NCBI GenBank assembly: GCA_963624975.1
Contig: CAVFRF010000063.1
Span: 2,882 to 66,881 of the forward strand
Origin: Bacteroidaceae bacterium
GTDB lineage: Bacteria > Actinomycetota > Coriobacteriia > Coriobacteriales > CADBOM01
Direction of reading: 5' to 3'
DNA: 64,000 bases
Below, in pieces: positions 26,875 to 35,641 of this stretch (positions are counted from its first letter, which is position 1; every line of letters begins with the position of its first letter). A program made the position numbers and the translations under genes. The notes beneath the pieces were generated by a model. That model worked only from the letters and a program-made list of their open reading frames with translations, did no database searches and was not told where the DNA came from.

Positions 26875-28947
26875 ATGGGTAAAACGAGAGGCACTTTAAG
26901 ATGGTGGGCAGCTCCCGGGATGCTGCTTCTTGCGACTGTGCTGATCGCCGTGGCGTGGTGCTCGTCGGCGCCTGCCCAAGCGCGCGCCGACGAGCAGACC
27001 GTGGTGGCTCACACGATGAACGAATCGGAGACCCATATCGACGACTACTACTACTCGATCGACGAGGCCATCAACGCCGGATACGAAGGCAAGGTCATCG
27101 TCATGGACGTTGACTGGAACCTCAACAGCACTCTGACCATCGCCGCCAACAAGTCGATCACCATCGACATGAACGGTTGCCGGATCAGCAACAATGGCAA
27201 CCTCGAGGTCATCCGCCTCAAGAGCCATTCCAACCTCACGCTCATGTCGGGCCTTTCTGCCAGGCTCACCTACAAGGGCTACACCGATGGCAAGGAGAAC
27301 ACGACCGACGTGCAGGTCGTTACCGGCGGCTTGGTAACGGGTGGCCGCAACAAGGCCGAAGACCGCCGCAAGTACTCCTACTCTGCAGGCGGAGTCGTGA
27401 TGGATGCCAACAGCGTTCTTACCCTCGACAACGTGGTCGTGGGAGGAAACACTGGAGACAGGACGGGCGGAATCGTTGCCGATGAGGGCTGCACAGTCAA
27501 TCTCCAGAACGAAGCCAGCGTCGAGTACAACGGCTGCGGCGATGAAGCTGCAGGCGGCATCACGGCATGGAAAGACAACGTGACCATCAACATGGACAAT
27601 AGCTTCATCAAAAACAACTATGGCTACAACGGTGGCGGCATCTGCTCGCAAGACAACAACACCAAGGTCAACATGAAGAACGGCTCCGCCATCTCCAACA
27701 ACTATGCCCAGAACAACGGCGGAGGCGTGTTCTTCGACGACACTTTCTTCAGCCTCAGCTCCGAAGACGGCAAGGCCACCATCAATGGCAATTCGTGCGG
27801 CAACGATGGCGGCGGCATCTACACTGCATCCGATGCCGGGTCCAACGAGGGTCTCGTCCAGAACCTCGCCATCACCGGTAACACTGCTTATGTGGATGGC
27901 GGCGGCATCTACCTCGACCAGGAGAGCACCGGCGTGGTCAAGTGCACGATCACGGGCAATACCGCCAAGGAGGACGGCGGCGGCGTGTACGTGTGCAACG
28001 ACGACAACCACATCATGAGCTGCGCCATCACCGGCAACGTGTGCAACGACGACGGCAAGAACTACGAGGGCGGCGGCGTGTTCGTGGGATACAAGTACGA
28101 CCTGGGTCTCACCGGCAAGTGCATCATTCGGGGCAACACCCGCGGAAAGAACGGCTCCGACGACGACCTGTTCCTCAGCGCCAACGTGGGCAACACCGCC
28201 AGCGCCTACATCACCGGCGGCGTGGACCTCGGGTCGAAGGTGGGGATCCGCACCGGCATCATCGGCGACCAGCGCATCGGCGACCACGTCACGACCTACG
28301 CCTACGGGGCTTACTTCATCGATCTCGACGGCTACTACGTGAGCCATGGCGACGACCACGGCGGCGACCTGTGGCAGCGCCACCGCAACGTCCTGTTCAA
28401 CGTGAGCGTCAACGGCCAGAACTCCGACCGCACCCAGCAGGGCACGACCATAACGGTGCACGCCGGCAGCGGCGGGGAGGGCGAGGAGTTCGCCTACTGG
28501 GACGCAGAGGCCACGACGGGCCTCTACCCCGTGGAGGATTACATCAACGACGAGACCAAGTACAACGAGGAACTGACGTTCGACATGCCGCAGAACGACG
28601 TGAACGTGGTTGCGGTGTACAAGGCGGCCGGCTCCGGCGACGAGGCCGATGCCAGCAGCGAGGCCGAGGGTGCCGAGGATGCCGTCATCGCGGCCGACGC
28701 ATCTGCGGCACCTGCCTACGAGGCCGATTCCGGCACGTCGAGCGCTCAAGCGGACTCGGGCAGCGCGGCGCAGGCCTCGGACGGTAGCCAGTCCGGCAGC
28801 GCAAGTTCTACTGGCAGCTCCGAATCGACCAGCGCGGATTCGTCCAGCGCAGCAAGCTCTGCCAGCTCCACTGCCGCGCAGGCTCCGGTTCACGTGAAGA
28901 TCCCGAAGGTGACCCTCTGGAACGGACAGAGAATAAGGATGCTCTAG
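26875..28947 (+). CDS. Secreted beta-helix repeat protein, paralog 2, with an extra beta-sandwich-like module and a Ser/Ala-rich tail
   Basis: Colinear with 25245-26753 through ...GGDLWQRH. It then has about 190 additional aa: FNVSVNGQ...FAYWDAEAT...VNVVAVYKA resembles a Listeria-Bacteroides/InlB B-type repeat, followed by an S/A/D/G-rich low-complexity tail. No LPXTG motif. Confidence 0.75.
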   Translation: MGKTRGTLRWWAAPGMLLLATVLIAVAWCSSAPAQARADEQTVVAHTMNESETHIDDYYYSIDEAINAGYEGKVIVMDVDWNLNSTLTIAANKSITIDMNGCRISNNGNLEVIRLKSHSNLTLMSGLSARLTYKGYTDGKENTTDVQVVTGGLVTGGRNKAEDRRKYSYSAGGVVMDANSVLTLDNVVVGGNTGDRTGGIVADEGCTVNLQNEASVEYNGCGDEAAGGITAWKDNVTINMDNSFIKNNYGYNGGGICSQDNNTKVNMKNGSAISNNYAQNNGGGVFFDDTFFSLSSEDGKATINGNSCGNDGGGIYTASDAGSNEGLVQNLAITGNTAYVDGGGIYLDQESTGVVKCTITGNTAKEDGGGVYVCNDDNHIMSCAITGNVCNDDGKNYEGGGVFVGYKYDLGLTGKCIIRGNTRGKNGSDDDLFLSANVGNTASAYITGGVDLGSKVGIRTGIIGDQRIGDHVTTYAYGAYFIDLDGYYVSHGDDHGGDLWQRHRNVLFNVSVNGQNSDRTQQGTTITVHAGSGGEGEEFAYWDAEATTGLYPVEDYINDETKYNEELTFDMPQNDVNVVAVYKAAGSGDEADASSEAEGAEDAVIAADASAAPAYEADSGTSSAQADSGSAAQASDGSQSGSASSTGSSESTSADSSSAASSASSTAAQAPVHVKIPKVTLWNGQRIRML

Positions 28948-29232
28948 CACGACCGCTGGCGTTGATTCTCCAGAGTTAGAACCGCATTCCGAAAAACGCT
29001 CACGCGAAATTTTCGTTTCGTGTACAATCGCGGCGTGTCCGGCAAGTCCGTCGCGGGCGGCGCTTCTCTTTTACGAAAGGAAGTGGTCGCTATGTCTGTT
29101 GTTTTTCTAGACATGCTGGAAAGAATTCTAATCGACGCAGCTGCTTTGGCTACGATCGTGGAGTTGGTTCTCGGCCTTGTAAAAGGAAGGGGGCACGAGT
29201 CGCGGACGGATGACGAAGGTGAGAAATAAGTT

Positions 29233-29256
29233 GGGCGGTAGTTGCGCCTACCGCCC
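29233..29256. terminator. GC-rich hairpin (GGGCGGTAG-N6-CTACCGCCC) between convergent units
   Basis: 9-bp perfect stem read directly. Lies 86 nt beyond the stop of the minus-strand ATPase. On the minus strand it is followed by AACTTATTTCTC (T-rich). Confidence 0.4.
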
Positions 29257-29341
29257 GATCTAAAAACCCGCGCCGCCCGTGGTGAGTTCACGGGCTTGCC
29301 GGCACCATCATTGTGGTGCACTCGAAGCCGAATGTCAACCG

Positions 29342-31285
29342 CTACCTCGTGACGCGCATCGCTCGCATCGCGTTTAGGATCGCTATCACCGACACTCCTA
29401 CGTCGCCGAACACTGCCAGCCACATGGTGGCGATGCCGATGAAGGGAAGGGCCATCACCATGATGGCAACTTTGACCCCGAGCGCGAACACGATGTTCTG
29501 ACGCACAATTCCCATGGTCTTGCGTGCGATGCCGATGGCGCGGGCGATATTGGAGGGCTTGTCGTCCATGAGCACCACGTCGGCGGCCTCGATTGCGGCA
29601 TCGGACCCCATCGCGCCCATGGCGATGCCCACGTCGGCACGCATGAGCACCGGTGCGTCGTTGATGCCATCGCCCACGAAGGCGAGCTTCTGCTTGCCGC
29701 CGGAATGCACAGTCGACTGAGCAAGAAGCTGCTCGACCTTCGCGACCTTGTCGGCAGGTAGCAGCTGCGCGTGAAACTCGTCGATGCCCAGGCTCTCCGC
29801 CACCGCCGCTGCTACCTCTTCGCGGTCTCCGGTGAGCATCACGGTCTTCTTCACTCCTGCACGATGCAAGCCATCGATTGTTGCGGCGGCATCCTCCTTC
29901 ACCGCATCGGCGATTACGATATGACCGATGTATTCGCCGTCAAGCGCAACGTGCAGCACAGTTCCAACCAGCTCGCAGTCGTGGAACAGCGCTCCTACCT
30001 CGGCCATGAGCGTGCCGTTGCCAATCGCGATCTGGTGGGCGCCTACGGTTGCCAGCACTCCGCGACCGCTCTCCTCCTCAACATGCTCGATCTGCGTGCT
30101 GTCGATTACTCCGCTGAAGCTCTCCTTGATCGACACTGCAATCGGGTGATCCGAAAACGCTTCGGCATGCGCCGCATACGACAGCAGCAGGTCGGGCTCC
30201 ACGCCCTCGGTAGGATGCACGGCCACCACGTTGAAGGTGCCGTTGGTGAGCGTGCCGGTCTTGTCGAAAACCACGGTGTCGACCGAGGCAAGCGCCTCGA
30301 GGTAGCTCGATCCCTTGACCATGATGCCCAGCCGCGAGCTGGCGCCGATACCCCCGAAGAACGAGAGCGGCACGCTGATTACGAGGGCGCACGGGCAGCT
30401 CACCACTAGGAACACCAGCGCGCTCAGGATGCAGTCGCTCCACGACATGGTGGTAACCAGTGGGGTGAGCGCCGCGATGAGCAGCGCAGCCACAACCACG
30501 ATGGGTGTGTAGTAGCGCGCGAAGCGGGTGATGAAGTTCTCGGTGCGGGCCTTCTTCTCAGCGGCGTTTTCCACCAGCTCGAGAATACGTTGGACCGTGG
30601 ATTCGCCGTAGGGCTTGAGCACCTCGACCGTGATGGGACTGGTGAGATTGATGCATCCGCTTATGACTTCGATGCCGCTCTCCACGACGCGCGGAACCGA
30701 CTCGCCCGTGAGCGCAGCGGTGTCGACCTGCGACCTGCCCTCGACCACGCGCCCGTCGAGCGGGATGCGCTCGCCCGGCTTGACAACGATCTGCTCGCCG
30801 GGTGCCACCTCGGAGGGATCGACCTCGACCAGCTCGCCGTCGCGTACGACATTGGCGTGGTCGGGTGCGATGTCCATCATCGCGGCGATGGACTTGCGGG
30901 TCTTGCCCAGCGCGTAGCTCTCGAACAGCTCGCCTACCTGGTAGAACAGCATCACGGCTGCGCCCTCGGCCATGTGCGGCTCGGCGTTGGGGAACAGCAC
31001 CAGCGCGAATGCGCCGATCGTAGCGATGGTCATGAGCAGGTTCTCGTCGAAGGGCTGCCTGTGCACGATGCCGTGCCAGGCTTTGCCCAGCACCTCGTAG
31101 CCTGCGATGAGATAGGGGATGAGGAAGAGGACGAACTCGATCCACAGTCCCAGCGGGAAGGACGCGCCGGCTCCGGTGCCGACTTGCAGCCCATAGAGTC
31201 CCGTGAGCTGCAGCAGCTCGAACACCACGAACAACGCGAGCGCCAACAGTATGCGCTTTAGCTTCCTCTTCTGCTTCTTGTTCAT
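29342..31285 (-). CDS. P1B-type heavy-metal ATPase, Zn/Cd/Pb-type (ZntA/CadA-like), lacking an N-terminal metal-binding domain
   Basis: TGES, CPC in TM6 (VVSCPCALVIS), DKTGTLT and GDGINDAP. Lys in ALGVK (TM7) and Asp in FGDVG (TM8) match the ZntA-type K/D pair. The protein begins directly with TM segments. Confidence 0.9.
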   Translation of the reverse strand: MNKKQKRKLKRILLALALFVVFELLQLTGLYGLQVGTGAGASFPLGLWIEFVLFLIPYLIAGYEVLGKAWHGIVHRQPFDENLLMTIATIGAFALVLFPNAEPHMAEGAAVMLFYQVGELFESYALGKTRKSIAAMMDIAPDHANVVRDGELVEVDPSEVAPGEQIVVKPGERIPLDGRVVEGRSQVDTAALTGESVPRVVESGIEVISGCINLTSPITVEVLKPYGESTVQRILELVENAAEKKARTENFITRFARYYTPIVVVAALLIAALTPLVTTMSWSDCILSALVFLVVSCPCALVISVPLSFFGGIGASSRLGIMVKGSSYLEALASVDTVVFDKTGTLTNGTFNVVAVHPTEGVEPDLLLSYAAHAEAFSDHPIAVSIKESFSGVIDSTQIEHVEEESGRGVLATVGAHQIAIGNGTLMAEVGALFHDCELVGTVLHVALDGEYIGHIVIADAVKEDAAATIDGLHRAGVKKTVMLTGDREEVAAAVAESLGIDEFHAQLLPADKVAKVEQLLAQSTVHSGGKQKLAFVGDGINDAPVLMRADVGIAMGAMGSDAAIEAADVVLMDDKPSNIARAIGIARKTMGIVRQNIVFALGVKVAIMVMALPFIGIATMWLAVFGDVGVSVIAILNAMRAMRVTR

Positions 31286-31337
31286 CGCAAGCTCCTCGAA
31301 GTGTGGCCGTGACGCGGACTTTGCGGCGAGCTGGATG

Positions 31338-31556
31338 CTAGACCAGCACTTCGCAGTCGGGCTCTACGTCGGCAAAGATCTTCACAGACTGTCCCAGCAG
31401 GTCGTCGAACTTTGCATCTTCTGCATCGAGGATGAACTTGAGCGTGAGGGCGTTCACGCTCACGCTGTTCACGCCGTCGAGCCCCTCGATCTTGGCCTGG
31501 ATCTTGCCAGCACAGTTGGGGCAGATTTCTCCGTCGAGCTTGATGGTCTTGCGCAT
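31338..31556 (-). CDS. Stand-alone heavy-metal-associated (HMA) domain protein
   Basis: MRKTIKLDGEICPNCAGKIQAKIEGLDGVNSVSVN has a ferredoxin-like HMA layout with the CxxC motif. Lies 52 nt upstream of the ATPase gene. Start chosen at ATG 31556 because the longer forms (31592, 31631) run into the palindromic operator. Confidence 0.65.
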   Translation of the reverse strand: MRKTIKLDGEICPNCAGKIQAKIEGLDGVNSVSVNALTLKFILDAEDAKFDDLLGQSVKIFADVEPDCEVLV

Positions 31557-31620
31557 CTGGGGCCTCCCGTGTTCGCCAGTGCCGAAACCCATTGCAGCGG
31601 CACTCGTTTTCTTACGTGTA

Positions 31621-31642
31621 CATATGAGCAACTGTTCATATG
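31621..31642 (-). promoter_or_regulatory. Imperfect palindrome CATATGAGCA-AC-TGTTCATATG, ArsR/SmtB-type 12-2-12-like operator candidate
   Basis: Read directly. 18 of 24 positions are self-complementary in the 24-mer ACATATGAGCAACTGTTCATATGA. Resembles the TGAACA-xx-TgTTCA core of CzrA/CadC/SmtB operators as I recall them. A minus-strand TTGACA sits at 31673-31678 upstream. Confidence 0.4.
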
Positions 31643-31700
31643 ATGCCTATAGAGTACCAATTTGCTGTAGCATGTCAACCGCGATATCTCGGCTCAGTTG

Positions 31701-32486
31701 CTAATCGTGAGTTTTGTGGTCGCGGTAATTGGCAAGATAGCCTGCGAACTCCTCGCTCGTGTCGGAGTTGCCCTCGCGCCACATCTTGTGGTCGATGATC
31801 TCGCCGGCGTTGCCTCCATAATATGCATCGATGTATGCAATCAGCGAGTCTAGGGCCTCGAGCTGCTCTTCGGGATAATCCCCCTCGCCTCCGATGTGGA
31901 TCATCTCGATGCCAACCGACCACGCATTCATCCCATAGTCGGTATAGTGGCTGGTTGGCTTTTGCCCGAGCAGGTCGTCACGGCCGTCTTCCTCGATGCC
32001 GAAGCGCGAATTGGCATCTCCGCTGCCCCAGCCTGCGTGATGCCCGATCTTGTCGAGGGGCACGCATTGCACGATGTGGCCGTCTTTGCCGATCACGAAA
32101 TGCGCGGCGATGAGGTTGCCGTTGTTCTCCCACGAAGACACAACGCCTTCGGGAGTGCCACCGCCCTCGGTGTCGTGGAGCACGATGTACTTCTGATAGG
32201 CAGCGCCTTTGTCGCCATGCTGGAAGTCGTCGTAGTACATCTCGGTGATGTCGGGCTTGCTCGCCTCGGCAGACGCATTGGCATCGTCAGCAGCGGCATC
32301 TCCGCCGGAAGTCGATTCCGCTGCTTGCGTATCGGCGATGTTGGACACATCCACCTCGCTGGTGCTAAGCTCTCCGCTCGCACAGCCAGCGCCGGCAAGA
32401 ACGGTCGCAAGCGCTGCAAGAGCCACAGCTGCCAACAAAACCCTGAAGCGAAGGCGTTTCGCCTTGCCGTTGCCCATTGCCGCCAT
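31701..32486 (-). CDS. N-acetylmuramoyl-L-alanine amidase (Amidase_2/PGRP fold) lipoprotein
   Basis: Lipobox LAGAGC after a signal peptide. AAHFVIGKDGHIVQCVPLDKIGHHAGWG is the Amidase_2 motif. Confidence 0.8.
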   Translation of the reverse strand: MAAMGNGKAKRLRFRVLLAAVALAALATVLAGAGCASGELSTSEVDVSNIADTQAAESTSGGDAAADDANASAEASKPDITEMYYDDFQHGDKGAAYQKYIVLHDTEGGGTPEGVVSSWENNGNLIAAHFVIGKDGHIVQCVPLDKIGHHAGWGSGDANSRFGIEEDGRDDLLGQKPTSHYTDYGMNAWSVGIEMIHIGGEGDYPEEQLEALDSLIAYIDAYYGGNAGEIIDHKMWREGNSDTSEEFAGYLANYRDHKTHD

Positions 32487-32539
32487 TCCTGCCCCTATCG
32501 TCCGATGCTGTTCACCTCGCCAAGCTCGGCGCGACGGCT

Positions 32540-34159
32540 CTAGCCTTCCGCCACCGTGCTGGCAGCAGGAGCCTCATCGGCACCAGCCGGCTGCCAGTCG
32601 TCGTCCATGTAGTGGTCGAACAGCTCGAGGATCTCGTCCGAAGGAGGCTCGGTGAGCTTGCTCACCACCACGTTGACCACCAGTGCCAGCAGGAAGCCGG
32701 GCAGCAGCTCGTAGATGGTGAAGATTCCGCCCACATATGCCTCGAGGATGTTCCATACGATCACGACGAGACCGCCGGTGATCATGCCGGCGAGCGCACC
32801 CTTGAGGTTGGCCCTGCGCCAGAACAGCGCAAGCAGCGTGATCGGGCCGAACGCGGCACCGAATCCGGCCCATGCGTAGGACACGATTCTGAAGATCGAC
32901 GACTCGGGGTCGCTGGCGATCACCATGCCGAACACGGTGACCGCGATGAGGGCCACACGGCTCACGAACATGATCTGCTTGTCGGTGGCCTCCTTGTTGA
33001 ACACGCCCCTGTAGATGTTGTCGGCCACGGAGCTGCCCACGATGAGCAGGTAGGAGTCCGACGAGCTCATGGTTGCGGCGAAGATGCCCGAAACCACGAT
33101 GCCGGTGAGGAACGCCGGCAGCAGCATCTTGGACACCGCGATGATGATGGTCTCGGCGCTGCTGCTGGTGAGAAGCTCGGTGGGGATGAGCGCACGGCCG
33201 AGCAGACCGACGCTGATGGCCAGCGTGAGCGAGATAACGCACCAGATGATGGCGATACGACGCGACTTCTTGATGTTGTCGGGGTTGTCGATGCCCATGA
33301 ACCTCACCAGCACCTGCGGCACGCCGAAGTAGCCCAGACCCCACGACAGGGTGGAGATGATGGTGATCAGGCCGAAGTCGGCGGCTTCGCCGAACACGGG
33401 CTGGCCGCCAACGACCTGCTGGACTCCGCTGGCGTCGACCACGGGCGTGGCCTTCTGCACCGCGCTGAGGAATCCCGGGATGTCGGACAGGAACGCGATC
33501 GCGTTGTCGATGCCTCCGACGGAGGCCACGGTGCCCACGAACACGATGATCACCGCGAAGAACATCAGGATGCCCTGGATGAGGTCGGTGGTGCACACCG
33601 AGAGATAGCCGCCCGAGAAGGTGTAGATGAACACGACGAGCGCGCCGACGATCATCATCACGCCGTAGTCGAGGCCGAACACGCTGGAGAAGAGCTTGCC
33701 GCAAGTGGCGAAGCAGCTGCCCACGTACACGGAGAGGAACAGCAGGATGATGAGTGCCGACACCGTCATGAGGATGTTCTTCTTGTCGCCGAAGCGGTTG
33801 GAGTAGAACGCGGGCACGGTGATGGCGTTGCCGGCCTTCTCGGAGTACTTGCGCAGGCGCTTGGCCACCAGCAGCCAGTTGAGGTAGGTGCCGATGGCAA
33901 GGCCGATGCCCGTCCACATGGCCTCGCTGGCTCCGCAGAAGTAGGCCACGCCGGGCAGGCCCATGAGCAGCCATCCGCTCATGTCGGAGGCCTCGGCCGA
34001 AAGCGCCGTGACCCACGGACCCAGCTGCCTGCCTCCCAGGAAGTAGTTCTCGGACGACTCGTTCGATCGCTTGGCAAAGTAGAAGCCGACTATCAACATT
34101 CCGATGATGTAGACGGCAATCACTATGAGTACGATCATGTCGTTGCTGCTCATGCTCAC
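32540..34159 (-). CDS. putP: Sodium:proline symporter (SSS family)
   Basis: YFLGGRQLGPWVTALSAEASDMSGWLLMGLPG is the PutP/SSS signature. About 13 TM helices. Confidence 0.85.
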   Translation of the reverse strand: MSMSSNDMIVLIVIAVYIIGMLIVGFYFAKRSNESSENYFLGGRQLGPWVTALSAEASDMSGWLLMGLPGVAYFCGASEAMWTGIGLAIGTYLNWLLVAKRLRKYSEKAGNAITVPAFYSNRFGDKKNILMTVSALIILLFLSVYVGSCFATCGKLFSSVFGLDYGVMMIVGALVVFIYTFSGGYLSVCTTDLIQGILMFFAVIIVFVGTVASVGGIDNAIAFLSDIPGFLSAVQKATPVVDASGVQQVVGGQPVFGEAADFGLITIISTLSWGLGYFGVPQVLVRFMGIDNPDNIKKSRRIAIIWCVISLTLAISVGLLGRALIPTELLTSSSAETIIIAVSKMLLPAFLTGIVVSGIFAATMSSSDSYLLIVGSSVADNIYRGVFNKEATDKQIMFVSRVALIAVTVFGMVIASDPESSIFRIVSYAWAGFGAAFGPITLLALFWRRANLKGALAGMITGGLVVIVWNILEAYVGGIFTIYELLPGFLLALVVNVVVSKLTEPPSDEILELFDHYMDDDWQPAGADEAPAASTVAEG

Positions 34160-34250
34160 TCCAGTCGAATTGGCATGCCCGGACGCGCCGGGTGTTCATG
34201 CGATGTGCTTGATGCGGGAAATCCGCTTGCGCGCAGACGGTCTCGCAGCC

Positions 34251-34271
34251 GTTTTGCCCGACGGGCAAAAC
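34251..34271 (-). terminator. Hairpin GTTTTGCCC-gac-GGGCAAAAC downstream of the dGTPase-like gene
   Basis: Perfect 9-bp stem read directly, 80 nt after the stop at 34351. No U-tail, so only a tentative terminator. Confidence 0.3.
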
Positions 34272-34350
34272 AACGCGCAAGCGCAGATTCTATATGTGTT
34301 TATTGTGAAGAATGCCCGCGTACACCACTAGAGCCGCCGAGTAGCCGCGC

Positions 34351-35622
34351 TTAGTCGAAATACGGCACATATAGGTCGGCATGGCTCTTTGGATCGTTGG
34401 GAAACAGGTGCCGGTACAGCTCCACGAAGTAGTCGTCGGTCATCGAGGCGATGAAGTCGCACACGATGTCGTCGTGCGAAGTGTGATCGGCATAGCCCGG
34501 ATTGCGATGCTCGACGAACCACGCGTGCACATGATGCTCGAAGATAAGCGAGCTTTCGTCGCCGCGCTCGAGGTCGGTCAGCAGGCGCTGGTACATCTCG
34601 GACATCATGGGACGCACGATGTTTTCGAGCTTGCCGCCCGTTGCGGAGTCGTAGTCGTACACGCCCGCGAAATTGCCCTTCTTGAGTCTGCGGATCTCGT
34701 CCGAAACCTCCTCGTCCATGCAGATGCAGTCGCGCCCGATCGAGTTCTTCACGATGTTGAGCGTAACATTGGCCATGACCTCGCTGTTGGTGGACCCGAG
34801 GAAGCTGTCGAACTCGTACTGCGATTTGTCCAGTACCCCGGCGCTGATGGCATCCTGGCGGTCCTTGCCGAGGTAGGCCAATATGTCGCTGATGCGCACC
34901 ACGCAACCCTCGAGCGTGCTGGGGCGAAGACAGCTGCTGCGCCCCTCCTGCGTGTAGCATTCTTCCAGCAGCAGGTCGAGGTCGGCGAAGCTCGGGCATG
35001 GACTTGGCGAGTAGGTTGCGAAGTTGTTCTCGCCGCAGTGGCACAGGATTCCGTTGTAGGTTTGCAGCGACAGGTTGCAAGGCGCCACGCTTCGAAGCGC
35101 CCGCACGCTGTGCACGTTGTGGTTGAAGTATCGTCCGGTGCGCTCATGGTAGATTGCGTTGAGGAAGCGCTCTCCCTCGTGTCCAAAGGGGGTATGGCCA
35201 GCATCGTGACCTAGGCCTATCGCCTCGATCAGGGGGAGATTGAGGCGCAGCGCCGCTCCAATCTTCTTGGCCGTCTGCGCAACCAGCTGGATATGGAATC
35301 CGCGGCGCGACAGGTCGTCGTTGGCAAACAGCGAGAACACCTGCGTCTTGTCGAAGGTGCGCTTGAAGAACGGGTTGTTGAGGATGCGGTCCACGTCGCT
35401 TAGGTAGGGAGAGCGGATGAAGAACTGCCCGCTTGCAATTTCGTCTTGCAGCAGCTCGCCGGCAGTCGCATCGGCACCCGCCGGGGCCACACTCTCGTAG
35501 ACTGCATCGGCATCGCGTGCGGCAGCCGCAGCCATTGTCCGCTGCCCGTTTTCGAACCCTTCGCGCAGGTAGTCGATCTGGTCGCTGTCCAGCTTGAAAA
35601 GCGGATTGCTGCTGTCGGTCAT
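34351..35622 (-). CDS. HD-domain dNTP triphosphohydrolase (dGTPase family)-like protein
   Basis: GLGHDAGHTPFGHEGE (the HD...H motif) and RISDILAYLGKDRQDA match the dGTPase-family metal and allosteric motifs. ATG 35622 is preceded by GGAAGGGACGGAG. The longer track ORF (to 35835) overlaps the upstream gene. Confidence 0.8.
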   Translation of the reverse strand: MTDSSNPLFKLDSDQIDYLREGFENGQRTMAAAAARDADAVYESVAPAGADATAGELLQDEIASGQFFIRSPYLSDVDRILNNPFFKRTFDKTQVFSLFANDDLSRRGFHIQLVAQTAKKIGAALRLNLPLIEAIGLGHDAGHTPFGHEGERFLNAIYHERTGRYFNHNVHSVRALRSVAPCNLSLQTYNGILCHCGENNFATYSPSPCPSFADLDLLLEECYTQEGRSSCLRPSTLEGCVVRISDILAYLGKDRQDAISAGVLDKSQYEFDSFLGSTNSEVMANVTLNIVKNSIGRDCICMDEEVSDEIRRLKKGNFAGVYDYDSATGGKLENIVRPMMSEMYQRLLTDLERGDESSLIFEHHVHAWFVEHRNPGYADHTSHDDIVCDFIASMTDDYFVELYRHLFPNDPKSHADLYVPYFD

Positions 35623-35641
35623 GATTGCTCCGTCCCTTCCT

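Noticed and set aside
29342-31631. Reading the split HMA gene plus ATPase as a frameshifted pseudogene of a single CadA.
   Set aside because: Both parts have their own start codons, and they are separated by a 52-nt spacer rather than a frameshift. The ATPase retains all catalytic motifs. Separate HMA chaperone-like genes next to P1B ATPases are common.
34351-35622. Calling the dGTPase-like gene an anti-phage defence gene outright.
   Set aside because: Housekeeping dGTPase-family genes are widespread. Nothing in the sequence alone (no other defence genes, no mobile-element signatures) distinguishes a defence role. It is kept only as a hypothesis within the pseudo-ALDH finding.
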